Shown here: positions 27,195 through 39,611 of the stretch, in pieces
How positions within the stretch are numbered: position 1 is the first letter of the stretch
How the letters are laid out: each line of letters begins with the position of its first letter
NCBI GenBank assembly: GCA_951406725.2
Contig: OX597831.1
Coordinates: 61,194,001 to 61,258,000 of the forward strand
Source of the DNA: Octopus vulgaris
Taxonomy: Eukaryota
Length of the DNA stretch: 64,000 nucleotides
Direction: 5' to 3'
The notes under the pieces: generated by a model
What the model saw: the letters and a program-made list of their open reading frames with translations, nothing else
The model's database searches: none
What the model was told of the DNA's origin: nothing
Position numbers and translations under genes: made by a program

Positions 27195-27279
27195 GCCTAT
27201 ATATATATTATAGATCAAATATTATTTTATTCTATATATAGATATATAAAATATATATATATATAGTATATGTGTATGG

Positions 27280-27323
<44 letters not shown>

Positions 27324-28064
27324 CGTAAGCACACCGGGCGAAATACTTGGCAATATTTCGTCTGTCTTTCTTCTGAGTTCAAATTCCACCGAGGTAGACT
27401 TTGCTTTTCATCCTTTCGGGATCGATAACTTAAGTACCAGCTGCTTACTGGGGTCAATCTAATCGATTGCCCCCTCCCCAAATATTTTGGGCCTTGTGCC
27501 TAGAGTAGAAAAGAATCGTTAGCACGCTGAGTGAAATGTTTTGCGGCATTTCGTCCGTCATTGCGTTTTTAATTCAAATTCCACTGAGGTTGACTTTGTT
27601 TTTTTTTTATCCTTTTGGAGTCGATACAATAAGTACAAATTATACACTGGGGTCGATGTAATCGACGTAACCACTTTCTCGATATCAGTTTCAAAATTTG
27701 AAACCACTGTTATAGTTATTATTATAAACTTTGGACTCCTGTATTTTGCTTATCTTCTTGAGCATGTTTGTGCACGCACAAACACGCACATATACATACA
27801 TCAGTGGTCCTTTGCTTTTTTCTTTCTTATTTGTGTGTCTCTCCTTACTAACCGTCAGACTTTTTGTATTTCTATTGTATGTATCTTCATTTGCGCATGC
27901 GTATATCTCCACATGCGTCTATTTTTAGTTAGTGTGTGTGTGGGGGGGGGAATGTCTGTAATATTTGTATCTGTAATATTTTATTGGCTAAACTGGCAAA
28001 ATGACCATTCCGAAATACAACAATATCTGTTTCAACACACGATTTGACATCAAAAATCTTGCAA

Positions 28065-28116
<52 letters not shown>

Positions 28117-28689
28117 GATATGCATGTATGTGGTGTCTGCAATTGATACTATATCAATGTTCTTCAAAATACTCTCCCGTCCCTCAGAACCAGCAGAGTG
28201 TGCACCGTTTCTGTCTCTGATCTTGTTTTTCAAACTTTATATTTTTCGTTTTTTTATGTTCCTTTTTTCTTACTAACCATATCTTGTTTCTTCATTCATT
28301 TCATTTTATTTATTTATTCATTTATGCAATAAATCTCCTAAATTAATACTAGACAATTAGATCATTCTCTCATTCGGAATTGTTTCTCTTTTTTAGCCAT
28401 ATTATCGTTCTACGCCAGCTTCTTTGATAAGCCTATTATATTTTTCTGTTTATTATTATTAATTTTTTTTTACTTCACTGTATTGATATACAGATTTCTT
28501 TCTCCGAATTGGTATTATTCTATGACCATCGCTTCCTTAAATTAAATCATAAATAGCTTCATGCTGAGTACATCTTTGCTTCAGTCAGCTTTCTCTTTGC
28601 AGTAGTTTTGACTTGTTTCAATCACCATGTATCGTTCCAATTATGAGACTCTTAGTTTCTTTACTAGCACCCACCTATCATCATCATCA

Positions 28690-29065
28690 TTGTTCGACCG
28701 TGATCGAGACAATGGAATTTACTATGTTACGCTAGACCCCAGGGTCCATCATAGTATTACGGAGGTCCTGTTGCTGGATGCCTGTATCCCTGGAGATTAC
28801 ATCAGGGTAGGAGAGTGTGCGCCCTCTGGTATCGCGAATAGATGGCTTCCAGAGAAGAAGAGCAGAAATTACCTTGTTTTCAGCTCTACAACAATGTCCA
28901 GCAAACTGGACTCTTCTACCTTTCACAAGAGATGATACAGGCGGTAATTTCCCATATATTTGTACTTTGGTTGGATGACGCTTCCACGAGAGATTTTGAG
29001 CTCTCATAAGGAGGCGAGTGTAAGTTTCATCCCATCGCCTCACCAGCTTCTTTGATAACGTCCAC
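28690..29065 (-). mobile_element. RTE-like LINE 3' end
   Basis: ORF 28732-29082: WTLSKKL...D.TYTRLLMRAQNLSWKRHPT...IYGKLP..S..VKGRRVQFAGHCCR...LLLWKP. Ends in a short (GAT)n tail. Confidence 0.85.
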
Positions 29066-29108
29066 CTACGACGAGCATACATCTATTTATATATGTTTTA
29101 TATCCTGG

Positions 29109-31000
29109 TGTTGGAGAAATAATTTAACGAAGCGCGGGGAAAGAAAGTATCTATACGACGAAATACGATTACTGTTACACGAGGTTAACTGCTCTCTGTC
29201 AACACCTCTCAGTCAATTGCTCATAATCAATCGTTGCTTTCCACTTGACAGTTTGTTTTTTTTTATTGAAATGCGTCCGTCCACTGTTAGTTACATGGGG
29301 GTGGTCGGAATTCTTCCACAACATCTCCCATTTTGAGAGTTACCCACCCATAACTTCTCCCGTCTAGAGTTTAAATATCCCTTACGCTTAGGGTTTAATT
29401 CCAGTATTTCCGTTCGTTTCCCTTTTCTATTATTTGAATGTGTAGTTTTAATTTGTCTGGGTGTTGGTGCCTCAAACGCGTCGTACAATACTTCCATGGG
29501 AATTTCATCTATGAATCTTTTTTAAGTTAGTTTATATGTCTTGTATGTTCGACATTTTTTCCTTTGACCAAGAAAAGCATTAAATATTTGTTTAATAATT
29601 ACACCGTCCTCTCATCTTTCTTTACCACATCTATAAGTTAAAAAAAAAAGCTTTAATACCTAACTTGAATTTTGAAACATATTGTTCGCCTTTTTTCTAT
29701 TTTCTCTCGGTATAAGTTTATCAAAGTCGAATCTGATCTTTCTAGCAAACTTCAATTCTGCTAGTGAGATTCCACACAGGGAATTAAGATTATGTGTTAC
29801 TCGGTACACTCTTAGAAATTGTTGAAGCGCAGGGCTTTTAAAATGTATTTTTTTCCTGAAACACCACGTGCAATTTTTGAACTCGCTTTTAATCTAGGTC
29901 TCCTGATTTTTTTCCCATGTATCTGCTTTAATTATCGATATATCACTGCCCGTAAACAATTGTAACTTTACGCTTGTGTTATTAATTTTTATATATACAA
30001 ATTTCCTTTGAGAATCGTTCATAATTTTGTCACCGACACCTTGTTTACGCGATTTTTGGTCTTCAACCGTTTTTTAAACCTATCTTACCACACTTGAAAC
30101 ATTTTATATTTTTAAACGAGCAGTTATTATTAACATGTAGACCACCAAACTAATAACATGGATTCCGTTTGACATTTGTTTTTTCTTATAGTTACAGGGC
30201 GACAAGCATGAATAAGAGATCTATCTTTTTCTTCAATTTTATCTGTCATGTCTTTAATATATAATCCTTTGGCATTTTTCTACTACTATCTGTAGAGTTA
30301 AATTTTTGGTCTTGTTCTAATTTTCTTAATATCCGGAAACGTAAATCTGCATTTTTGCTTACAGTTAGCCCTTGAACAAAAATTAGACATTTGAATATGT
30401 CCGGGGTTTACTTAATTTAATTTGAATTTTTCACACTCTTTGTTAACAACCTCAGTATAGGTGACGAAATCTTCATCAACCTTTTTGGCCAAATTTAAAC
30501 ACTGCCAGTGAGTATTGAACAGGGAAACCTTTCACTGAAACATTTCGATAAAAAAATTTTTCATCAAAACAAACTTCACCCGGTTTCTTCGGCAGAATAT
30601 CGTTACTATATTTCTTGTGCTCGACAACTCTTTTAAAAGTAGTTGTACTTTTTTCTCATCAGACCAGTTTTTTACATTCCTCTTTGAAGATTTCTTCGCA
30701 TCTTTGAAAATAAGCAGAGAAGGATTATAACTAAATTCTTCAATTGAGCTTGCTACACAGTCTGACAAGTACGAACCTGAAGTGCTTTCAAACTTCTTCA
30801 AGATTAATTCACGCATTTGTTGTTTTTGTTGCTGTTGTAGTTGCTACTGTTGCTGCTGTTATTGTTGTAGTTGCTGCTGTTGCTGTCTTCTTCTTCTTCT
30901 TCTTCTTCTTCTTCTTCTTCTTCTTCTTCTTCTTCTTCTTCTTCTTCTTCTTCTTCTTCTTCTTCTTCTTCCAATCAGGACTCACGCTATTAGCCACAAA
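29109..31000 (-). mobile_element. Internally deleted Gypsy/Ty3 LTR retrotransposon (gag, protease, 3' tail, 3' LTR)
   Basis: Gag-like IEEFSYNP...WSDEKKVQLLL...EKYSNYILPKKP...SLFNTHWQCL..K...DFVTY. Protease-like VKLQLFTGSDISII near 29940 (catalytic DTG decayed). Purine tract AAAATGGGAGA abuts a 215-bp LTR at 29109-29323 with TGTTG...CAACA termini. Confidence 0.8.
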
Positions 31001-31402
31001 GAATAATCTCTAATTCGAGCCTACTCTAAGCTACTAAGAATGGGTGTAGCAACTTGAAGATCCACCCACCACACGCATTAGACTGGTAGCTGGGAAGGAA
31101 AATATTCCGGGTGTTAACACAAGAAAGCTGGTCAAAAAGCAGATGTAAGCGACTGAGGATTGCCGTTATACTGTGGAAGCCCGTCTTGTGTATGTGTATG
31201 TGTGTGTGTGTGTGTGTATTTGTGTCTTCGTTTCCCATCATCACTTAACATATGTTGCTTTCTTTACGATCCCGTAACCTGACAGTTCGACGAAAGATAC
31301 CGATAGAATAAGTACTAGACTTAAAGATAAATACCATGGTCGGTTTATTCATCTAAACATTTCAAGGGGATGCCACAGCATGACCACAATTCAGTGAGTG
31401 AA

Positions 31403-31502
31403 NNNNNNNNNNNNNNNNNNNNNNNNNNNNNNNNNNNNNNNNNNNNNNNNNNNNNNNNNNNNNNNNNNNNNNNNNNNNNNNNNNNNNNNNNNNNNNNNNN
31501 NN
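31403..31502. other. Assembly gap (100 N)
   Basis: Run of exactly 100 N, the usual placeholder for a scaffold gap of unknown size. Confidence 0.99.
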
Positions 31503-32249
31503 CAATAATAATCGATGCACTTAGAAGTATCAGCACTTATGGACGTTTCAAGCACAAGGTCTTACCTAACCACTGCTTATGCACATTAGGATTGCGAAAA
31601 AATAAATCCCTCGGATTATTGCTTGTTCTGATCCATGGCTCACTTTCCGGACTCACTTTTCAACAACCAAGAATAGTTAGAAGGCGGCGAACTGGCAGAA
31701 CGTTAGCACGCCGGGCAAAATGCTTTGTGGTATTTCGTCTGTCTTTATGTTCTGAGTTCCAATTCCGCAGAGGTCGACTTTGCCTTTCATCCTTTCGGTG
31801 TCGAAAAATTAAGTATCAGTTACGCACTGGGGTCGGTGCAATCGACTTAATCCGTTTGTCTGTTCTCGTTTGTCCTCTCTGTGTTTAGTCCCTTGTGGGT
31901 AATATAGAAATAGGTATTTCGTCTGTCTTTATGTTCTGAATTCAAATTCCGCAGAGGTCGTCTTTGCCTTTCATCCTTTCGGGAGCGATAAATTAAGTAC
32001 CAGTTACGCACTGGGGTCGGTGCAATTGACTTAATCCCTTTGTCTGTCCTTGTTTATCCCTCTTTGTGTAGCCCCTTGTGGGCAGTAAAGAAATAGGAAA
32101 TAAGAATAGGTAGAAACTTCAGTCCTTCGCCTCGATTGATAAAAACCGGTATTAGCGTGGATTCAAAGAACTGGTAGAAAAGGTAACTGCAGACAATGCA
32201 ACACGATGGACTCTACTATGAATGCTATGCCACTTTTGTTGTAAATTTA

Positions 32250-32900
32250 TGAATAAAGCAAATAAGTTACAAAAACATAGCAAAAACTTTTGACTGGATA
32301 CAATAAAATAAAGACTCACTGCTGACATAGCAAATTGCTTAAACAAAACATTCGGCATGCATTTAGACAACATCGTAAATATTTGACATTTAAAACGAGA
32401 ATAGCATGTAACTATCTCTAGAGGGAATATTTGAAGAAGAAATGGAAAAAATTTCGAAACATGTGTATGGTTTGAAATACCATCCTATTAATAATACTGA
32501 ATTGTTTTGTTTTTTTTTTGAGACTGCAGAATTTAATTTGAAGAATAATTCAGAGATCATTCTGACTGATGTCTCTGACAAACAGACACGCTAATTTTTT
32601 TGGCTCCACAATATTCTGCATACATTTTACTAGACATTAAAAAATATACGACAGTCACAAGACATAAAATACAAGTAACCAAAGTTTATTTCTTCACATA
32701 TTGTTGGCAAATTATTTTCACGGCATGTAATTAAGGAAAATAAAGCTGCGGCAATCAATGTGTAGGTTCAACCTCCGCAGAAAATCATTAAGAAAGATCT
32801 TGCGGTGTAGTAAATCAATCCTGAAATTAAAAATTACTCTTACTAAATCGTTCTAGACAGTAAAATATTCCAGCATTATTTGTCAAATGTTCATTTTTTT
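32250..32900 (+). mobile_element. Possible highly decayed Penelope-like RT thumb/linker
   Basis: HSKLLKQNI and FEEEMEKISK...LKYHP resemble the PLE thumb. Lies immediately upstream of the tandem hammerhead-bearing repeats. Confidence 0.3.
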
Positions 32901-32932
32901 CCAAACACGAAAAAAAGAAAAATGATACGAAT

Positions 32933-33562
32933 TTGTTCTGAAGACGGTTATTGAGCTAGAAACACCTGTTCATGGCTGTCCATTTATCTCCAGACAATAA
33001 GCCTGTCCTTTACCTTCATGTCACGTTAGTTTGGATGAGATCTTTATTATTGAGATTAAAACGCTTCTTCGAGTGGAAATGGTCATAATCCCCATTTGAT
33101 AATTATGATATATCCTCTCTACTGACAGAGTTAGTGTTACTAAATCAAGAATTTATCTTGTACAGCATTTGATATCCCTGTATTTGTGTATGTTATTCAA
33201 ATACGTGTCACCAGCCACTTTCAATTATTTCCCTCAACTCATTTTTGTTTAAATTGTGCAAATTACCCAGGCCATATCTGTTGCATTTTTAGAAGTCTGT
33301 GTCTCTAAGTTACTGGGAAAATGTTGTGCTGATAACGGCTATTGAGCCGGAAACACACGTCTACGACTCTCCACTTATCTCCAGACAACAAACTGCTTAT
33401 TTTCCTTATTGGGGTGTCAGTTTGGGCTAGATCTTGATTTTTGGGATTATCTCCCCTTTTCAAGTAGATTTGGTCTTAATTACCATTTGATGATTATGAT
33501 AACGCAATCCGTCGGCGGAGATAATTTTGATAAATCAAGAATTTATATTGTATAGCATTTGA
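32933..33562 (+). repeat. Direct repeat with 391-bp period; each copy starts with a minimal type I hammerhead motif
   Basis: 32933-33171 is similar to 33324-33562. Copy 2: TTGTG-CTGATAA-CGGCT-ATTG-AGCCG-GAAAC-ACAC-GTC-TACGA. Copy 1: TTGTT-CTGAAGA-CGGTT-ATTG-AGCTA-GAAAC-ACCT-GTT-CATGG. Confidence 0.8.
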
Positions 33563-33740
33563 CTTATTTTATAATCGAATTCAGACAAACTTCTGTTCGA
33601 TTTCTCACCTGAAATTACATCATATTTTCACCCATTTCCCTTATACTTTAAAACATTATTAGAAAGTTATGTTGATAAAAAAAAATCTCCGAGTGAACTA
33701 CACAGGTGATCATGACGTAAATATATAATTTCTTTCTCAC

Positions 33741-33838
33741 CTGCAATATATCTTCTAAATAGTCTGTATATCATTCGTGTCTAATACTGTCGACAAAATA
33801 ACCTATTTTGAAGTGCTTCGTCCTCCAGGTAAAGTAAT
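33741..33838 (-). pseudogene. Possible MCT-like pseudogene B, TM12 exon remnant
   Basis: AG acceptor, then xYFTWRTKHFKIGYFVDSI (compare G.L.D.T..Y...FYVAG). In-frame stop and CAG|GTGAG donor. Correct order after the 34.5 kb exon. Confidence 0.3.
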
Positions 33839-34284
33839 CTAACTTTAGGTTAATAAAATTCCTATTTGATTATGAAATTGTATCTATTCAAAAAACTTCA
33901 ACAGACATTTGATTTAGTATCTATTGCGTTTTAGATTCACCATGTCTATTATCTTCGTTATATTGCCCATTTGTTCCATATATTTCATTGATCCCGGAAG
34001 GAAGGAAAGGCAAAGTGGATCAGATTGGAAACGGATAATAATGCTTTTAGTGCAAAAAAATTTAACTAAACGCATCTCAAGATGTAGACAATATTATCAA
34101 TTTACTATAGAGGGAGACGCGCTAACTCTGATAGTTTTTAATTATCCTGATCCACACAGTGATAGTAAAAGCAACTACTTACAAACTCTTTCGTTGATTG
34201 CTCTAACCAATTCTTTATAGATGCATATTGAATAACAGTAGAGATAAATATCTTCTATATTTTAGAGAAGAGGAATTCTGTACA

Positions 34285-34461
34285 TTATTTACATTAATTA
34301 CATTGGACGAATATGTGTCCTCATCTTGTTTGTTGTTACCTCAACGTTTCGGTTGATTTACTCATATTCAATGAAGGCTGGAGAGTAAATTAGCCGAAAT
34401 GCTATGGTAACAACAAACAAGATGAGGACACATATCCGTCCAATGCAAATAATGTAAATAA
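34285..34461. repeat. Inverted dimer of a Penelope-LTR-type repeat with a degenerate hammerhead
   Basis: Both arms match the element at 56260-56365 (GTCCTCATCTTG.TTGTTGTTA...AACGTTTCGG). The right arm has AGGCTGG...TTAGCC-GAAA. Confidence 0.8.
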
Positions 34462-34478
34462 AGCATAGATAAACTTAT

Positions 34479-34603
34479 CAATATAATGAGAGAATCAAAA
34501 TATGAAAGTCCACTTATGAAACTGAGAACACAGTATGCTTTTGTAGAATGTTCTAGATCAACTACTTCTGTAGTGAGGATCAGTCTGAGTGCCAGAGAAA
34601 ATC
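34479..34603 (-). pseudogene. MCT-like pseudogene B, TM10-TM11 exon
   Basis: TTTTCGCTCCAG acceptor, then GFSLALRLILTTEVVDLEHSTKAYCVLSFISGLSYF (compare G....L...L.D.VG.E....A.G......G). The donor appears mutated from GTAAGT to ATAAGT. Confidence 0.7.
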
Positions 34604-35931
34604 CTGGAGCGAAAACAGAGTAGAAAAAGGATTACCTTTTAACGGGAAACTGAAGATATGATGTAAAAGTACATATTATTAACTTATTCTTTCGCAAATG
34701 CGAAGCCATTTAACATACCTCATTTATAAACGTATTTTTGCAGAAATTACTTTCCCAGCACATTGATTTTTTGATAAACTTCTTATTAATTATAAAAATT
34801 TTATTTTATTTCTCCTTCATACATTCTTCATTTTTTAAATGGATTTTTGCTTAGTTTAGAGTAACAAGAATAATATTTGCTAAACGAATTCATTTTCATT
34901 TATATAATTTGAAAAAGCGAAACAATTGTTGTCCCCTAAGTGTCACTGGTAGTGATTATAATTTAACCAGTTTCCCGATATGTCAATGTCTGTGACTCAA
35001 GTGTTACAATAAAAGGTACTATCCACAAACTATAAGTCAAATAAACCTTTACCATGATCTTCCAAGTCCCTCCAAATTTTTGTATTTGTGCGACTGTCTG
35101 CCCCATATATTATTTTAGTTACCAGTCTCGAAGAGATGAATGGTTTCTTTTAATTGCTTCACTCATCTGAAAGCAGCCATGCCGGAGCACCGCCTTTAGA
35201 CGAGCAAATCGACCCCAGCACTTATTCTTTGCAAGCCTAGTACTTATTCTATCGATCCCTTTTGCCGAAACGCTAAGTTACGGCTGTGTAAACAAACCAG
35301 CATCCGTTGTCAAGCGATGTTGGGGGGACAAACACACACACACGCACACACATACATATATACGACGGTCTTCTTACAGTTTCCGCCTACCAAATACACT
35401 CGCGAGGCTTTGGTAGGCCCGAGGCTGTAGTAGAAGACACTTACCCAAGGAGCCCCGCAGTGAGACTGAACTCGGAACCATGTGATTGTTAAGCAAGCTA
35501 CTTACCACACAGTTACTCCTGCGCCTGCTATTAATTTTCATTTAATATATCGTGGACATATATAATCTTTATATTACTTAAATAATTTTTATATGTACAA
35601 TTCAGCATGTTTATTGATGTAAGACAACATTCAACCGGTCATTGAAACGATCGTAACTGAATAATAAATATAATATTTCCATCTTTATTCCTTAAAATGT
35701 TACTTTACTCTCCACTATGGCTACACTATCTCTGTAATATGTACATTACATGGATCTTCAGTTTACATACAAGTTTTTTTCTTTTATTTGCTTATTGATC
35801 GAATAGTTTTCTCTCTATATAAACGCTTTTAGCTATGATCTCGCATAGAATGTTGATTGAAGTATTTGCTTAAATGTTCCCGAACCTTCCTTCTGTTTAT
35901 ATGTGTGTGTGTGTGTGTGTGTGCATGTATG

Positions 35932-35968
<37 letters not shown>

Positions 35969-37166
35969 TATATATAGGGCATTACTATACATAAATACCA
36001 CACGCTTGGAGGGACTCTTAAAGTCAAAACTACCAAAATAAATAAACACAGTAATGCCCTCTATATAATATAAATAGATATATTTAAGAGAAAAATTGGT
36101 GGCTTTTTCTCTCAAGTTTTTTCACACTACTTTCTAAATTCTTATAAAGATTTTATCCTATTTTTAAGTTATATATATAGATATATATGTGTGTGTGTAT
36201 GTATGCATTATATATATATACATATATATTTGTGTGTGTATATATGTATACATATAAATACACACACATACATACACTTATAGGTGTATTTGATAGACAG
36301 AAACTTAACGAAGACCGTCTTATATGCTTGTGTGTATAGCTATGTGCTTGCCTTTGTTCATGTGTGTGTTCCCATCATAACTTAAAAACTAGTGGTGGTG
36401 TGTTTACGTCCACATGACATTAGCGGTTCGGCAAGGGAGATCGATACAATAAGTAATAGGCTTTAAAGAAAAAAGTACTGTGGTCGAGTCAATCGAATAG
36501 AAATACTTCAAGGTGGTGCTCCAGCACAGCCGCGATCTGATAACTGAAACAAGTAAAAGTAAGGTAAAAGAAAAATATATACATATATATACATATGCAT
36601 ACTCATATATATATGTATGCGTGAGTGCGTGTATTAGAAGCAAATATAGAAAATGTTTTGATAATTTTATCGTGAAGAAAAGGGAGAAAATATTTACATT
36701 TCTATAAGTACATGCTACCATATTCGAATACTTAAGATAATTTTGTCTTGGGAAATATATTGAGTCAAATTAAGTTTTATCTTTCATGATAACAGTTTGA
36801 AAGTTAATATGTTATTCGAACAAAATGTTAGTAGATGTTGACCTCCTTCTCTGTAGTTGCTGAATCATTTTAGTAACAGCAACAGATTTAGAAGAGTTAG
36901 TTGTCTATTGTTCCTTACTGTCAATGTTGATATAAATGAATGGTTTGTAACCGCGGGCGAAGTTGTATAGTGGTGGTAGCTGTACTCGTAGTAGCAAAAA
37001 CAGTGTCTCTATCAGCTTCAATTTTTAAAGTTATATTAAAAGTAGTGGTAGCTTAGGCAGAATCTGCGCATACCACACACACATACACACACGCACACAC
37101 ACACACATACACACACGCACGCGCACACACACACATGCATGTTTATATATTGTATATAGACATGTA

Positions 37167-37665
37167 ATAAATAAATGCGCCCTTTTAAAGCCTAGCCAGG
37201 CTCATGGGCCCGGTTTCCCGGTTTCTATGGCATATGTGTTCCCCAGATGGACGGTACGCCAGTCCATTGCAGCGTTACTCATTTTGGCCAGCTGAGTGTA
37301 CTGGAGCAATGTGAAATGAAGTGTTTTGCTCAAGAACATAACGCGTCGCCCGGTCCAGGAATCGAAACCACAATCTTATGATCATGATGCTAACACCCTA
37401 ACCACTGAGCCACGCGCGTCCACTAAATAAGTGCACCCTTTTAAAGGCTAGCCAGGCTCATGGGTCGGTTTCCCGGTTTCTATGGCGTATGTGTTCCCCA
37501 GCTGGACGGGACGCCTGTCCATCGCAGCGTTACTCATTTTGCCAGGTGAGTGGACTGGAGCAACGTGAAATGAAGTGTTTTGCTCAAGAACACAACCCGT
37601 CGCCTGATCCAGGAATCGAAACCACAATCTTACGACACCCTAACCACTAAGCCACGCGCCTCCAC
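37167..37665 (-). mobile_element. Head-to-tail SINE dimer inside a single 13-bp target-site duplication
   Basis: Two copies of about 250 bp with tRNA-like heads (TGGCTTAGTGGTTAGGG...GGTTTCGATTCC). ATATAGACATGTA at 37154-37166 and 37666-37678. Confidence 0.9.
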
Positions 37666-38098
37666 ATATAGACATGTACATATACATATATTGATGCACA
37701 GAAAACTCATAAAAGCTTATAAATTTACGTATATCATCTAAAACCCAAACGAAATTAAAATATATCTCAAATGATAATCACCATCATCATTATTATCATT
37801 ATGTCATTATAATGATATTTGGTGAGTAATCAAGATTGGCATATAGTATTTGGTAATGGAAACGAATTCAGAAGAAACAATTCTTCTTGTTCGTAATTTT
37901 TAAAAGACTACGGATATTTGTCGATTTTCGGACATTTGCTTGATGAAACAATCTCTACATTGCTGTATTCTCTGACATAAAATACCAGTGAAAAACTCTA
38001 GGGTTAATAAGAATTCTAGGGTTAATAAGAAAAAGAAATCATAACGTGCGTGCGTGCGCGTGTGCGTATAAACATTAGAAATAATTCCGGAAACTTAC

Positions 38099-38372
38099 CA
38101 ATTGCAAGTACAAATATACAAAACCACAGGAGTAATGGTTTGCAATTTACGACAGTGTGGCATCAATATGGCAGTAATAGAGAGTATCAACAAAGAGACG
38201 ATGTACAACTTGCAGCTGCTGAAATGAAGCAGATCGACAAACACACCAAGAACAAGAGTACCAATTGTCATGAACAATCCCATCAGCAGCATCAAGATTA
38301 CAGATTTCTCTTCGCTCATTCCGAACGACTAAACACACAGAAGTGGTATATAGGTGAACATTGTATTAAAAA
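38099..38372 (-). pseudogene. MCT-like pseudogene B, TM7-TM10 exon
   Basis: TTGTAG acceptor. FNTMFTYIPLLCV*SFGMSEEKSVILMLLMGLFMTIGTLVLGVFVDLL...LYIVSLLILSITAILMPHC, then after a frameshift LLLWFCIFVLAIG|GTAAG. TAG at 38329. Length 274 = 3n+1. Confidence 0.85.
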
Positions 38373-38515
38373 CTACAATATGATAAAGAAATTTTATAAA
38401 TACATAGCTACATATATATATAGGGATTAATCTTCTCTCGCTCCTTTGCGTCAAAGGATGAAGAACAACAGAAGGTGAGAGATAGACAGAGAAGAGATAG
38501 TAAAGGTAAAAGACT

Positions 38516-39372
38516 CCTGTACCCATATATGCATGTATATATACATATATATGTAGGTATGTATATATATATGTATGTATATATGCATATAGTTATATAT
38601 TATTTATATTATTACATGATCGAACGCCACGCATTCTTTTGCAAGTAAGTTTTATCTTAATTATTACGATGCGCACTCTTCTACATTTCTGGTTTTTTCT
38701 CCCACGCTTTCCTATTCTTCACCTCTCCTCTTCACCGTACCCTCTTTCTCACTTCTCCTCCTCAACTCTCTCGTCGCTGACTCGTAACGAAAGATAATTT
38801 GTCTTTCTGCTCACAACCTTCGTAAGGAAAAAACCGTGCTTATACTGTCTCCTTAATGAGCTCGTATTTCTAGCGTTCAAAAATATTGCTTCTATCGTCT
38901 CGGCTTCACAGCCCTCACCGTAGGTTTTTACTGTTTTGTTCTCACTGTCCTGTTCTTGTTACCACTTTCACCCTCCGCAAAAAATTCCAAATTTTATTTA
39001 ATTTGCTTTGCGGGAAGGACTGTTTCAACAAAGTCACCTCTTGTCCTTGCCTTAGAAAACGTGGAGTAGATGAAACAGGGACAACTGAAGAAGGGGAATA
39101 TTATCTATGTTGTATGTCTCGTTTCTCTCTTTGTTTTTTTTTTTCGCTGTTCGAAAAAAGTTCGTTTCTATGGGTTTTTTTTATGTTTTTTCTCATTGTG
39201 TTTAACGTTTTTTTTATGTCCTGTACCCATATATGTATGTATATATACATACATATGTAGGTATGTATATATACATACATATGTAGGTATGTACATATAT
39301 GTATGTATTTATCTATGTTTATATATTATTTATATTATTATATGATCGAACGACATGCATCCTTTTGCAAGT
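38516..39372 (+). mobile_element. Non-coding interspersed element with terminal direct repeats of about 130-150 bp; related piece at about 52490-52780
   Basis: CCTGTACCCATATATG...ATGATCGAACG...CTTTTGCAAGT at 38516-38646 and 39220-39372. The internal TTTCACCCTCC...CCAAATTTTATTTAATTTGCTT is shared with 52.7 kb. Confidence 0.7.
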
Positions 39373-39530
39373 TTTATCTATATATATATATAAAGTGAAG
39401 AATTTCGTGTTTGGTGCTAGAATGCTACACGAAGGGGCATGGCTGATATTTTGGACGAAGTATTTTTGCTTATAACGTTTTTTACAGTTAATACCTATCA
39501 TAGCGAATAGATATAATACCAGTAGTAGTT

Positions 39531-39608
<78 letters not shown>

Positions 39609-39611
39609 ACA

